NCBI GenBank assembly: GCA_013239625.1
Contig: MU055008.1
Location: 1,849,357-1,913,356 of the forward strand
Source of the DNA: Lama guanicoe
Taxonomy: Eukaryota
Length of the DNA: 64,000 nucleotides
Direction of reading: 5' to 3'
In this document: positions 23,756 to 36,699 of the stretch, piece after piece
Layout: every line of letters begins with the position of its first letter
How positions within the stretch are numbered: the first letter of the stretch is position 1
Notes under the pieces: model-generated
What the model was told of the DNA's origin: nothing
The model's input: only the letters and a program-made list of their open reading frames with translations
Database searches by the model: none
Program-made: the position numbers and the translations under genes

Positions 23756-26450
23756 CAGGCTCACTGGCTTTCAGAGCTGAGGCCCGTGGTTTCCACGGAA
23801 GGGGTCCATCTGTGCGGGTGCGCGCGTGTGCTTCAGTGGGTGTTCATGTGTTCACATACTTGTGCGTACGTGTGTGTGAGAGAGAGAGGATGTCTGAGTG
23901 AATACATTCAGTTGGAGAAATAAAATGAAAAGGCTCTTTGAGGGAGGTAACAGGTCTCCCCGGATTCAGGGCGTGCTGTGGACTGCTGGCTGGAGGACTT
24001 CTTCCGGGCAGTTGGAGCCTGCAGCTGTCCAGACATGCTCTGGGGACAAGCGAAAGCCAAGATCTGATGATCAGAGAGAACGGCAAAGAGAAAGGAGGCA
24101 TGCAAAGGCAGATTGCCAGGGATTCTTTGTGCCCAAGAATGTCTTCTTTTATTTGCTAGAAACTCAGGGAAAAAAGGAGAAGAAAATGTAGGAGGTACTG
24201 CATTTCAGAACTTAGGGCATCAACAATGATGAGCCTTATTGTGAGGTTTCCTTATAATGTGAATTTCAATATGCCATTCCTAGCCCCCGACTCCCTTCTT
24301 TCATTCATTTAACCATTTAATAAGTATCTGTTGAGTGCCTGCAATTGATTGAGTCACTGATTCAGTCAAGCAACAGCTAGTCATCGCCCTCTCACCCCAC
24401 GCACAGTGCTGGGCTCATTTTGCCAGAATGTTTAACACTTTTGCAGAGTAATTTTATTCTAGACAGACTTTTTCCTCCATCTCTTCAGCAGCCTAGAAGA
24501 ACTCCAGCTAATCCTTAGCATGTTCCTTCAATATTTTTACATCACTTGATTTGAAAAAAATCTTAAAGCCAGTCACTGTGTTTTTATGTCAAAATATCTG
24601 CAAAATATGCTGCAATTGATGTGACGGTAGGAGAGATGACATTCACACACACGAAAATCTGTAAAGTACATCTCTGCCGCTGATCAGAGTGGCGCAGATT
24701 GTAGAAGGCGGGCACAGACTTGAGTTCTTACAGATACTGGGGAAATTCAGACACATTCAGGAGCAGTTTGGAAATGATCGCTTCCTCTATTTTTTTTTTT
24801 TTTAGCAGAATGTTCCAAACTCTTATCCTGGCTTTTCCTTCTTTTGTTTGAAAAGATTCTGTTATCCTTGTCCCAGCTCCCCCTGACTCTGGAATGAATC
24901 ACCCCCTATGACTGGCTATTCTTGGCAGCCAAGCAGACGCTAGTAATGTGATATTTCTTCCTATCCAAAAACCATCAGATTTTTCACATCCTGTGGACCA
25001 GAGTGTGCTGTGACTCGACACTTGAGCAGAAGCTTGTCTTCATCCCCAGAGGCCACAGCAAAGACAAGACTGGCTGTCTTTTGACAAAATATCCAGGGTC
25101 CCCACTTCCAGAGCATGAGGCTGGTGACTGCTGAAGTGATTAATGTTCCCATCTGATTCTCTTGTTTTGGGGAGGTGGAGAGGGGGAGTAGAACGAGGCC
25201 CCAAAAGGGAGAGGACAGGGAATTGTACCATGGATCAGATGAGCTCCTGCCCCTCCTGGACTTCTTGCAAGCACTGAAGATCAGCATAAGTCTGTGGCCC
25301 TGCCTCGCGCTCCCCACCTCTTAGAAGAACCCCTTGGAAGGCTCTGCCAGGCTTTGTGCTGCCAAAGCCTCACACAGTGATTGATGGAGAACTTGGAAAA
25401 GCCAATCTTTTCTCATCCTTGGATGTCCTTTGGGGCAGGATGCCATGGATTGGGGTCATGGCATTTGAAGGTCACTAGCTGGTGGGGCCCAAGGGCCAGG
25501 AACCAGCAGAAACCCCCAGGGGTTGCTCACCATGGCCATTCCCTTCTCAGTAGACTCCCGCATCCTTGACACTAATTGACAAAGGTGCTTCAGGCTTTGT
25601 CTCACTAACCTCTCCATCCCCACCCAAACACCCTCTCCAGCCCCTGGAGCTTTCCCCTGCAGCCATCCTGACTGTCTTCCGGCTCCTGGAACTGCCCTTG
25701 CTCACCTCTGGGCCATCACACATGCTGTTCCCTTTTCCCTCCCCCATCTGATTAGGTCCTGATTTCCTGACAGGTTGCAGCTTCCATGGGGCACCCCCGA
25801 GGGGAATCATCTCAGGCTCTCCTAAATGGACCAGGGGCCTGACTCTGTGCTCCTGTGGGCGTCACACGTTCCTTGATGGTACAGGCTGGACCATGTGGGC
25901 CTGCCACTGGGCTCGGCCACCTCCTCCCCAGTTTGTCAGCTCCGCGGGGATGGGGCCTGTGTGATACTGCTGTCTCCCCATGGCCTGCACAGCACAGCCG
26001 GTTGTTAGCTGTTGAACTAAAGACCCCTATGCACTCAAGGCCAGGTGCTGAGTTAGGTGCCAGGATGCAGGGATTAGCAAAAGACGCAGGACTGGGGCTT
26101 CCTGGGGCTGGGCTGCCCGAATCGGAAAATTACCACCTGGTACCGAAAGTGGTCCAATACATGGGTCTCTAGGGTTTGCTGGGAGCCTGGTGGATGGGTG
26201 CGAGATGCCCAGCCCAGGGGAGGGTGGCAGCAGTGCGGGAAGGCTGCCTAGAGGAGGTGATGCCATGGGTGAGGGTTCTCCTCACGGCTTTGTGCTCCCC
26301 ACTGGGTCCTGGACCGTGGAGTTGTGGCCTCGAGCTGGTGCTGGGGATCCAGTGGTGGGGGCAGAGCCTTCAGGACCCCAGGTGGGAGCGAGGTGCCCCA
26401 GGCCTCCAGGCTGGTGGGAGCCCTCTGGCCTCAGGCTTCCTGATGCTAGC

Positions 26451-26850
26451 TGTATTAGTCAGCCGGGGCTGCCATACCAAATACCTGAAACTGAGTGGCT
26501 TAAACAACGGGAATTTACTGTTCTGGAGGCTGACTGTCCATGGTCAAGGTGCTGGCTGTGCTGGTTTCTCCTGAGGCCCCCTATTTAGCTGGTGGGTAGT
26601 CACTCGCCTTCTCACTGTGTCCTCACGTGGTCCTCCCTGTGTGTGCAGGCGCCCCTGGTGTCTGTGGGTCTGAATTTCCTCTGCTGATGAGGACATCAAT
26701 CCGGTTGGATCAGGGCCCACCCTAATGGCCTCATTTTACCTTAATCACCTCTATAAGGACCCCATCTCCAAGTACAGCCACATCCTGAGGTGCTGAGGGT
26801 TAGGGCTTCGATGTATGATCTGGGGAGGGAGCTGAGGCACACACTCTGTG
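26451..26850 (-). mobile_element. MLT1B-like MaLR solo LTR
   Basis: 'tgtattagtc...gctgccatacc...gtggcttaaacaac...gggcccaccctaatggcctcattttaccttaatcacct'. Confidence 0.9.
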
Positions 26851-27289
26851 CACCATTTGTGTAATGCTTACACGCCTCCACAGAGGATGTGAACTTCACC
26901 TTAAACACTGGAAATCCGTTACTCTTACTCACCCGTGCTTGACTTTCCTCCCCACTCCCCACTGGGCTTCGAACCCCAACCGTCTCCACGGCACAGAGGG
27001 CCGGTGTCCAGGCGGCGCGAGAGGATGCCGGGAAGCCTGTCCCTTCCGGGCCGCAGGGACCCTCGGACCACAGGCAGGGTGCGCTGTTGACCGGTGCGTG
27101 AAACTGGGCTTCATGCAAAGTCCTGCTCTTTTGGCTTAGTTTTTATTTCTCCGAGAGGACTTGTGAGGTCAGCTGAATCGGTCAGTGTGAGGTGTGTTCC
27201 CACAGGAGACACCCTGACTCGGCGGGGAGGTGGGGTTTCCCGGCTCTTGGGTCCTTAGCTAGAGTCCCCTGGAAAGGACTGTTTATTTA

Positions 27290-27650
27290 TCTATTTTTTT
27301 TTTATGGAATGAAAGATTCTTTAAATTCTGTAGAGCTTTCCAGATTTCAAAAGTTTCACACATATGATTTGATATATTCCCACAGTAGCCCCCCTTTTCT
27401 CCTCCCCTACCTCTGTCTTGCCCCTCCCCTCGCCTCTCCCTGCTGCTAAGCACTGGGTTGTTCTCTAGGTCTGAGAGTCTGCTTCTTTCTTGTTATGTTC
27501 ACTAGTTTGTTGCAGCTTTTAGGTTCCATACGTAAGGGGTCTCATACAGTGTTTGTTTTTCTCTATCTTTTTTCACTTAGCTTCCTGCCCTTCAAGTCCA
27601 TCCATGTTGCCACAAATGGCAAAATTTCATTCTTCTTTATGGCTGAGTCG
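27290..27650 (-). mobile_element. L1 3'UTR/ORF2-end fragment
   Basis: 'gagtctgcttctttcttgttatgttcactagt...tccatccatgttgccacaaatggcaaaatttcattcttctttatggctgagt'. Confidence 0.85.
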
Positions 27651-29083
27651 CATTTGGACCACGATGCTTTGTTGCCTCAGTCCCCTCAAGGGACCCTTGA
27701 ATTCTCCACAAGGGGCCCCATCTTATCCCCTTTTCGGGGACCGTCCTTGAGCCCTCACCCTGGTGTCTTTGCTTCCCACGCAATGATTGTTTCAGAAGAA
27801 CACAGCAGCCCACAGACCCACTTCCATGCCTAAAAGAAACAGCACTGGAATAGCTCCTCCCCCCCCCACCACCCGGCCACGGCATCCACTGAATCTGATA
27901 AAGAGGCCTTTACAGACACTCGTTCTAGCCGCGGACCCCATGCTGCGTTTCATATGCAAGCCTTCTGTGCTCTGCTTAATGTCCTCGGAGAAACCTCATA
28001 ACAAATTAATGTTTATGGGGGCCCATTAATCTTCAAAGCATTTCACTGACTTTAGTCAATCCCGATGACCCCCTTGTTCAGGCAATAATGAGCCTTTCTG
28101 GTCTCGTATTCTTTTCCCTTCTAAGACTACATTTTTGTAGATGGAAGAAAAAACAAACACGGAGAAATGAAATGCTCTGTGTGACCCCTGCCTCAGAGCT
28201 GGGGTCAGGTTTGGGTGGGCGGTGTTCCAGGCTCCTGCTTCCACGCTCTGGTCAATCAAGGCCTCCCCTCAAAGTGTGCCTGCTCCCCAGTGAGGAGCTC
28301 AAAGCCACTTTTGATTCCTGAAGACTTTGACCGACAAGCCAGTTTTCATTCAACACACACACACAGATATGTGTGCAAGCACACTCGTGCACACACACTC
28401 GGGTTGGCAAGCACCCTCTCAAACTGGCAAAGAGGTGGGGGACGGAGGTGGGAAGAGCCCTGTTTCAGTTGATTGGGGCGTTTACCGGCTTCTAGGTAAA
28501 GCAATCCCGTGGGAGGAACTGGATTGGCTACCCTCTCTCCACAAGGCTGCTCCCTCCTCCGTGGAGGTCGGGCGAACACAGAGCCAGGCTGCGTTTGGAG
28601 AGCCTTATACTTCTGGTTTACCAAAGTGTGATTCCCACCAACATTTTGGTGAGTTCCTTGTGGACAGAGCCCTTGTAGCTGAAGGGGACTCTGGGGGGTA
28701 TGGGGGCCGCATTCTGTCTTCGTGGCTCTGGTCCCCTGTGTGGACCAGTGGTCCCGCTCCTGGGTTCCTGCTCCTTGACTCCAGCTCTTCGATTGGAGCA
28801 TGTCTTTCACTGGCAGGGCTCTCACCTGATGGATCTTTCTCCAGTGCTGCAGAAAAGCCAATGAAATAGTGGTTTTCAGTTTTTTCAGTAGATTTGGGAG
28901 AAAGAAGTTAAGATGAATAATGAGCAACAGAAGTCCTTGCAGACGCAGCCTGATGCAAAAGACTCCCTAGAAAACGCAGAGTGGGCAGGTGACCCAATGA
29001 CTGTGCATTTTTGCTCCACAGAAATACTCCGGAGAAAGGGCTAGACTGACTCCCAAGGCATCGGCCAGAAAGTGAAGGTGGAG

Positions 29084-29145
29084 CGTCTGGAGAAGAACCA
29101 CCGTCTGGAGAAGAACCACCGTCTGGAGAAGAACCACCGCCTGGA
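29084..29145. repeat. 18-bp minisatellite (cgtctggagaagaaccac) x3 plus a partial copy
   Basis: Perfect copies at 29084, 29102 and 29120; partial at 29138. Confidence 0.97.
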
Positions 29146-30894
29146 CCTGCCGATGCCCCTCCTTCTGAGCCTCGGTATGAGAGCTTTTTGGAGCAGGACG
29201 TGAAAGGGGTATGTGATCCTGATGCAAACAAACAAATCCCCAGCGGGGCAGATGCTAATCTCATACCCATTTTCTTGGAGTTTTGCTTGCCCGCCACCAG
29301 CCCAGTGTTCAGACCGCAGTGACCGCCATGGCAGCAGGGGGTTCCGTGAAAAGGCTGATCCACTCAGTCATTCAACAGCTTCGTCTGCCCAGACTCCTGG
29401 GGAGAGATGCTGATATGAATTTTCCAGCTAAGAGAAAGAAAAACCTTTCGCTTATTACTTATCACTTTAACCACTTCCTTTTTCAGTTAGAGGGACCAGT
29501 AATCCCGAGAGGAGAGCAATGGCTTAGAGGAGGTGTCAGGGGTCCTAGTAAGGTGCTCAGGTAAGGAGCACTCCAGTCCTGCTGCGGGTGGAGGAACCAG
29601 GCCCCAGCTTCCAGGCTCAGTAGGTAACCAACTGGGAGGACACTGTTTTCCCATCTCCAAGGACATCCATCCACTGAGAGCAAGACAAACTCACTTGCTC
29701 GGGGGACCGACTTCCATGTGTATTGCTGCCTGCATGTCTCATACTTTTCTGACCTCTAAATGCCCACTCAACCCACCCCCCCATCATCTCTTCCACCCAC
29801 ACACAACTTCGGACGCCTGGGGGTACCTGTACCTGCATCCACGGGCTTGGGCGCCTACAGTGTTCTTTGTACTTTGGGCAAAACAGTCAGACGTGATGCA
29901 ACATTTCCCCAAGACCAGGGGTAGTAAGGGAGGGTCATCGGATTCCAAACTGCCAGTGATGATCAGGCGTAAACAAAACGGCCGCTGCTGGTCCAGAGGG
30001 AGGTAGGGCGGCACCTTTCCAGGTCCGTTCAGTGGTCAGTCCTCCGAGCTCAGAGAGAAAGCTGTGGAGCACAGGAGCGGTGTGACCTGAAGAAGGGACA
30101 GATAGGAATGTCAGGGATAGATTCCCTGGAAATTAGCAATCAGATTTTAGGGCAGTGGTTTTAGAATTACACGCTCTCTCATAGTTAAAAAGCCTTATTT
30201 AAAAGAGACATTTCTATTCTCATTTTTAAGATGGGTCGGAAAGCGTGCGCGTGGAGGATTAGATCGCCAAAGCAGACCTGTGGTCGGGAGTGGACTTCGA
30301 ACTATCCTGATCATCACTCCTGTGGGTTGATCCCAAATGTGTCCAGGGGAGCCTTCGATGGAGACCACGGAGGTAGAGACGGCAGGGAGGAAGGGTGAGG
30401 AGGGCGAAGGCGAGCTGGTCCTCCTCGGCCAAGAGGAAAGGCACGCCTTTGCCAGCTACTGACTCACCGAGCCCCTGGGAAACCGTCTCCAGCTGCAGCA
30501 ACTGTTTAGGGCAGGAGAGAGAAAGGACCCTCCCTCCCAGCCCTGCCAGACCAAGAATATCATTCCAACAGTGTTTGGAAAAGAAAAAAATGATTCAAGG
30601 ACTGTCTTGGAGAGTCCTTGGAGAGAGTTGTCAGAGAAATTTGGCAATGAAAATTAGCTTTGAAAACCATGGCATGGGTTATTCTGAAACAATTTTATGT
30701 AAAACTGGAAAAGTCCAAGTGAGTTACTTATGTGGGGAATGATCTGCTACACGTTTTAAATTCCACGTGAGTCTCTGTTGCCACTCCTCACATCTTCAGC
30801 GCCCCTTCCCCCAGGCTACAGGGAAGCTGGAGAGAGGACCAAGGACAGGGCAGGGAATGATCACATGAACTTGTATCAATCATTGTGCCATGAC

Positions 30895-31068
30895 TGGTGG
30901 GGATGGTGGCCTCATAAAATACAGGACACCCAGTACACTGAAATTTTATTATTTTAATAGTTTAAATATATCCCAAAATTTCTTGGGATATACTTATAGT
31001 AAAAAAATAATTCGTTGTTTATCTGAAATTCAAATCTAACTGTTTCTTGGCTAAATGTGGCCACCCTT
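30895..31068. mobile_element. MER53 hAT palindromic MITE
   Basis: 'ataaaatacaggacacccagt...tcccaa..ttgggatatacttatagtaaaaaaataattcgttgtttatctgaaattcaaat...tggccaccct'. Confidence 0.85.
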
Positions 31069-31363
31069 CTGCATAGACACTCTCTCAAACAGACTCAGCT
31101 GAGACATTATTCTCTTTCAGCCAAAAGCCCTAGTGTCTACATGTGAGTGTTTGTGAAAGCACAAAATGCCACCCTCTGTCACAGGGCCGTAGAGTGTGAC
31201 ATCTCTAGCAATGTGCAGCCGTGGTGATGACTTATGGGTAGGGTACCTCGGCAGAGAAGGAGCCTCCTTCATTTTCAGCTGCAGACAGAACAGTGCATCC
31301 ATAAGAACAGCAGGAAGTAGGTCTCTATTCGCAGTCAATGAGGACCATCCACTCACGTGATCG

Positions 31364-31618
31364 CTGTGGGTGGAGTGGTGTCCCCCACAATGGAGTCCTA
31401 CTTGGAAATGGGGTCTTAGCAGATATAATTAGTCATGATGAGGTCATTCACACTGGGTTAGGATGGGTCCTAGTCCAATATGACTGATGTCCTTTGAAGA
31501 AGAGAAATGACGCAGACACACAGGGGGATGCCATGTGACGACAGTGGCAGAGACGGGAGTGATGCGTCTACAAGCCAAGGCTTGTTGGCAGCACCAGAAG
31601 CTTAAACACAGGTGGGGA
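31364..31618 (+). mobile_element. MLT1C-like LTR (runs into a gap)
   Basis: 'tacttggaaatggggtcttagcagatataattagt...atgaggtcat...ctacaagccaagg'. Confidence 0.85.
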
Positions 31619-31772
31619 NNNNNNNNNNNNNNNNNNNNNNNNNNNNNNNNNNNNNNNNNNNNNNNNNNNNNNNNNNNNNNNNNNNNNNNNNNNNNNNNNN
31701 NNNNNNNNNNNNNNNNNNNNNNNNNNNNNNNNNNNNNNNNNNNNNNNNNNNNNNNNNNNNNNNNNNNNNNNN
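31619..31772. other. assembly gap
   Basis: N run. Confidence 0.99.
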
Positions 31773-33735
31773 GGACTGTCACTTGATTGCAGGCAAAAAA
31801 CCAGAGTTCTCTGCAATTAATTTTGAGTCCTGAATTCAAGGAAGAGGTTATCCCACAACCAGCGGAGTGCGATGTGCAAAAATAGAGGTCCACTCGGATT
31901 AGCAAATCTGGACCCCAAAATAAGGAGAGGATCTGGCCAGCCCCAGGAGGGAGCTATTTCCTGGGCCCGCCGGGGGCTTGGTGACATCAGAAATACATTT
32001 CAGATAGTCTTAAGTCAGCGTGTGTATAGATGGAACCCTATTACATTATCTATTTACTGCACGGTAGATAATGCCTTCCCTGGTAAGGGTCAGACTCAAG
32101 TAATCTGGATTGTCATTATGAAGTTAAAATAATTGCCTGAGATGCTGTCGGCAAGGTGACTAGATCAGGAGACTCAAAAGGCCAATGCCGGTCTGACGTC
32201 TAGGTGAGAGAGCAGCTCCACCCCCTTGGAAAACATGCCTTTCACAATCCCTTCTGCTCGAGGATGGCACGTGCTCTCTTCCACCCCCACCTCCATCGAT
32301 TGCTGTATATTCACAAAACATAAAGTGATTTTAATGTGATCTAATACACACTCAAATAGAAGAAGACAGATATGTCATCCATCGCTTCGGATAACGCACC
32401 GTCTCAGTCAGTCAGCTCTACTGCGTTCAGCTCGTCTGCAAGTGCTAGAGGTTTGAGTTTGAGGCCAAAGTCCTTGCATCAGACAGCAAGCACTTATTCA
32501 TTGCCCGCTGGGCACTGATCCCAGGTGTCTCCAGGCTTAGATGCACCAGGTACACAGGTGTCTATACATTGGGTGTCACAGGGACTCTGGGTGACATTAA
32601 CGGAAGGCTCGGTTGCTCTGACATGGGTTGCAATCAAGGGCTGGGGGTCTTTTAGACCTTTACTTACAGCAGGGGGTGGAACATCCCCGACCCTCTCCAC
32701 CTCTAATCCTCAACTCTGAGGGAGACCCACCCCTTCCTTGTCTTGAGGTTTCAATTTGGCTGTTGTGGGTTCTTGCCCCTTCAGTTCTGCTCCTACCCTT
32801 TCCTTGGCTTTAATGCCCTTCCTTTTCCCCACATCTGTCTAAAAATGTGCACATCATTTCTTTTAAGAGCTCGCCTCTTCCAGGAAGCCTTCCGGGAATC
32901 ACTCTTTTGCCCTCCATCCTCATTGTTTATATAATCCATCTAAATATACCATAATTGGGTTCATGGTGAGAACACTGCTTTGAAATGTCTGATTTCACTG
33001 AAACCCTTTTTAGTCTCTTTCCTGAGTCCTCAAATTTCACTCTATGCCCAATGCCTGCTCCTCCCTCCTCCCCTTCCAAGTGTGAGCTGGCACTTTTGGA
33101 CCAGCCGTATGTGACATGAGTCCACACGTGCGCTTCTAAATAACCTTCGTGACATTCACGTGAGGTGGGGAGACAATAAAGAGAGGAAAAATCGCAGAGC
33201 CCACCTGGAGCTGCCACCCTGCTTACCACTCCGGGTTTTATCCTGTTTCCCCCATGATTAGATTGCTCCTGACGCAGCCAGCTACTTGCCTGTCCTGCCC
33301 ATCAGGGGTCTCCAGCGCTGTCTGGGAACACACACGCCTCCCACCGCAGGACAGATGTTGCGTGCGGTTTCCTTCCCACGCAAACATCTGCTCCAGAGAC
33401 GGCCACGCCAGCCAGCCGGCTCAGACTAGTAAGGGATGGATTCCTGGGTGAGGAGCTGGGTCCTGCCAAGTTCCTAGGCACAGGGCCTGGGCCTCTCAGA
33501 CTGGGTGAACCGTCTTCCCTGACTGGCCGAGCCTCTGCGGCTGCATTTAAATCCTGCCCCCGCTCCCACTCCACCTCCTCCATCTGGGCTCCTGTGTTCC
33601 AGTGGCCTCCGGCTAAAATGGATGTAGGGGCCAAATGGCTCTTGCCGTGGACAGGAATATGCTGAGTAATTTTTATTTTGGGCAGCTACAGCTTTTTTCC
33701 CCCTTTTTTCTAATAGATGAATAAATGAATGATGT

Positions 33736-33775
33736 GCAGACTAGGATCTGGGAACGCAGACTAGGATCTGGGAAC
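33736..33775. repeat. perfect 20-bp tandem duplication
   Basis: gcagactaggatctgggaac x2. Confidence 0.97.
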
Positions 33776-34330
33776 GGGGAGACTCACGCACATCGGGTGC
33801 ACCCAGCTGTACTCATAAATGTCTCCAAGTGTTTACTAGGGAGCTTGTGGTCCTGACCCAGCCGCCTCCTGGTCCGAGAACCTTCCCTGTGGGCCTGCAG
33901 GAGGCCTGGCCCAGCCGGGGGCCGTGGGCGCAGCCTGCGGTGGCGGGTGATTTTTTTTTTAAAGCACATAATACTTTGCAGATGTTGGCAGTAACCAGCA
34001 AAGCCAGGGCAAAGTTCCAAATGCCAGACCACAAAAATATATCATGTTTACCGTCTGATTCCTGGAAATGAGACAGCGTCACAATAAAACAGTTCACAAG
34101 GATGCATATGTCTGCTCCCTTGAGACGGTGGACCGGTGCCGACCTCGGGGAGACCACTGGCTATTTGTCAGCTGTGTTCTTCTGTAAAGATGGAGAGAAA
34201 CCTGCTTCCGGTTAGTGAAGAAGAGCACCTGTCTTCTTCATGTGACGGTGACTCTTTAAAAATTCCAGCCGCATGGAGCTTGTGTTCAAAGAGACAGAAC
34301 AGCAGTCGTGTAGGTTTCTAACGTCTAAAT

Positions 34331-34791
34331 CAGGAGTTCCTAACCTCCTTTGTGCCTGGGACTCCTTCGGCAGCCTGGAGAAGCATATGGATTGCTTCTC
34401 AGAATACGGACTTTAAATAAATTACACGGGATTACTCAGGAAACCATTAGACTGAAACACAGTTAAAATATTACAAAAAACCAGAACTGTGAAATGGTTA
34501 CCCACGTGCTGCTTCACCAGTACATTCAAAACAAGATCGAGTGGTCTGTCGATTAAGTACTTAATTTCAAATAAAGTGACGGTATTTAAGACGCTTGCAG
34601 CAGCAGCAGTGCGATGTGGCAACACGTGTGGCTTCGGCAGTCCGAGGCGGGCTGGCTCTCTGGGCTTTGTTGACTGAGCTCCTGGCAGAAGGAGATGCTA
34701 TGTTCTGCTAGAGGTCAGCGAAAATAAACATAGAATTTCTTTCCCATCCAAGTTGACAGGCCGCTGGATTTCTAACACAGGTAAGCCCCAG
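34331..34791. mobile_element. Charlie4a-like hAT element
   Basis: 'caggagttcctaacctcctttgtgcc...cttctcagaata...gaggtcagcgaaaataaa...tttcccatccaagtt' follows my recollection of the Charlie4a consensus end to end. Confidence 0.8.
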
Positions 34792-35127
34792 TGTTCTGTG
34801 CCCCAGTGGTGGCTCCGGCACAGCACGCCCTGCCCCAGTTGTCCTGGGTGCAGATCCCTGCTTGACCCTGTGGCCCTGATGACCCTTGACCTCCTGCCAT
34901 TTCTGAGCCCTGTCGTATCTTCCCTCAGGTCTGCTAGTTGAACTGGGTCCTCATGCTGAAGCTAGAAGCTTCACCCCTTCCAAGGAGTCAAACCAAATTG
35001 AACGAGATGGTTCTCTTTATGTGGGCCTAAGCCCATGTAATGGGTTCACTCCATTCAAAGTTTTTCCAAAGAAACAAGACACTAAATAATAAAGTCTGGT
35101 TCTCATCAAGGCAAACCAGGGCACTTC

Positions 35128-35360
35128 TGTTGGTTTCCTGGGGATGCCATAACGAAGTGTCACAAACTAGTGGTCCAAAGCAACAGAAACGTACCCAGGT
35201 CAAGTGTCAGCAGGGCCGAGCTCTCTGCAGGCCCAGGAGAGGATCCTTCCTGCCTCTTCCAGCTTCTGACGGCTCCTGGCGTCCTTGGCTTGCGGCTGCA
35301 TCCCCCTGCAACCTTTGCTCCCGCCTTCGCAGGGCCTCCTCCCTGTGCGTTCTCATAAAG
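35128..35360 (-). mobile_element. MLT1C-like LTR fragment
   Basis: 'gccataacgaagtgtcacaaactagtgg...gaggatccttcctgcctcttccagcttctg'. Confidence 0.8.
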
Positions 35361-35514
35361 GCACAATTCAGCTCACTAACACACCAGAGTCAGGAGTTGT
35401 CTAAAGGAGCAGTGGAGGGTAGAACGCAGGAGGGCAGAGAAACTGCAACTCATCTGATCTCGCTGCCGCACTGGGTTGTAGCAGAGCCCCGTTGCCGAGC
35501 TTTCTGGGGAACCT

Positions 35515-35690
35515 GGCTGTGCCAGACAGAGCCTGGGGCTCCCCGTGAGTCGTCTTGCTTAGTCCTCACAAACACACGGTGCAGTTGGGCTGTTGTATTC
35601 CCATTTCACAGATGAGAAAATCAAGGCTCAGAGAGGTCAAACTAAGTTGCTTTCATCCACAAATCAGTGCTGGCGTGAATCTAGATAGCT
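35515..35690 (-). mobile_element. MIR
   Basis: 'attcccatttcacagatgagaaaatcaaggctcagagaggtcaa'. Confidence 0.8.
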
Positions 35691-36699
35691 CCCTCCAGGC
35701 TCTCTGCCCAGGCACACGGGAGAGATGCTGAGAAGCCTTGACTTTTTGTAGGCAGCCTTGACTCTGTCCCGGCGCCTGTGGGAGGGCCAGTTAGCAACTC
35801 TGGTTTAACAATGAATGAATAATGAAGCTCAAGGTCTACTGGGAGTTGAATCTTCTGCTGTCTTGGTGCTAATCGCTGTGTCATTCTTTTAATGGTCGTA
35901 CCTGCCCCCATCCCTCCAGTCTCACACCTTGGCCCAGATAAGAGGATCACGGTCTCTCTGACAGCTGGGGAAATGGAGGAAGTGTGCGATCAGGGCCCAG
36001 AACTGGCCCGTGGGTGAGCACACGAGTCAGAGGATGGAGGGGCGGCGGGCGTCCAGCCAGCGCTGCTGCCCTGGGTGAGGGGGAGTGTCCCAGCGTCACG
36101 AGGCAGCTGCGGACTGTGGGCCGATTGTGAGGCGCTCTTCTTATGCGCTTTATGCCTGGGTTCCTTCTTGAGAGCCTGGGTGCCTTCCTCACGGAGAAGC
36201 TGCCACTTTTGAATTTATGATGTGCTGTAAGCCAAACGGCAAGAGCAGGCCGATCTGCTCTTGTGAAGGGCTGGGGACCTCTTTCCCCACTGTCGTCCCC
36301 ACTCAGGTATGAAAGTGCAGCTCGAAAGCCTATTTGTGAGTGGCATGATTTCCCTGACAATGTGGGGCCGTGCCCGGGGCTGCTCTGCACCTGCCTGGTC
36401 CTCTAACCCCATCTGGCAATGATGTCAGAGGCCTGGGGTCTCTCGGATTCCTCCCCATGACTTACCCCCTCCCAGCTCAAGTAGTCCTGGAAGGAAGGAC
36501 GTGGGACAGGGAAGTTAGCAACGAACCAAATGGGGATTTGCCAAAATGCAGGTAAGTGCTTCATGGGGTGAACACTCAGATGGGTGAGGTGGGAGCCCTG
36601 ATCTTACACGAGCCCTCCCGCCCTCCAGGTCCCAGGTCCACCATCCCTCCGAGGCCCCTTGCCAGATCCACACAGAGTCTGGGAGGGGTCAGAGGCGTA

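Noticed and set aside
29084-29145. Direct repeats as a CRISPR-like array or coding repeat (SGEEPP)n
   Set aside because: No spacers and the DNA is eukaryotic; in-frame stops lie just upstream on the + strand
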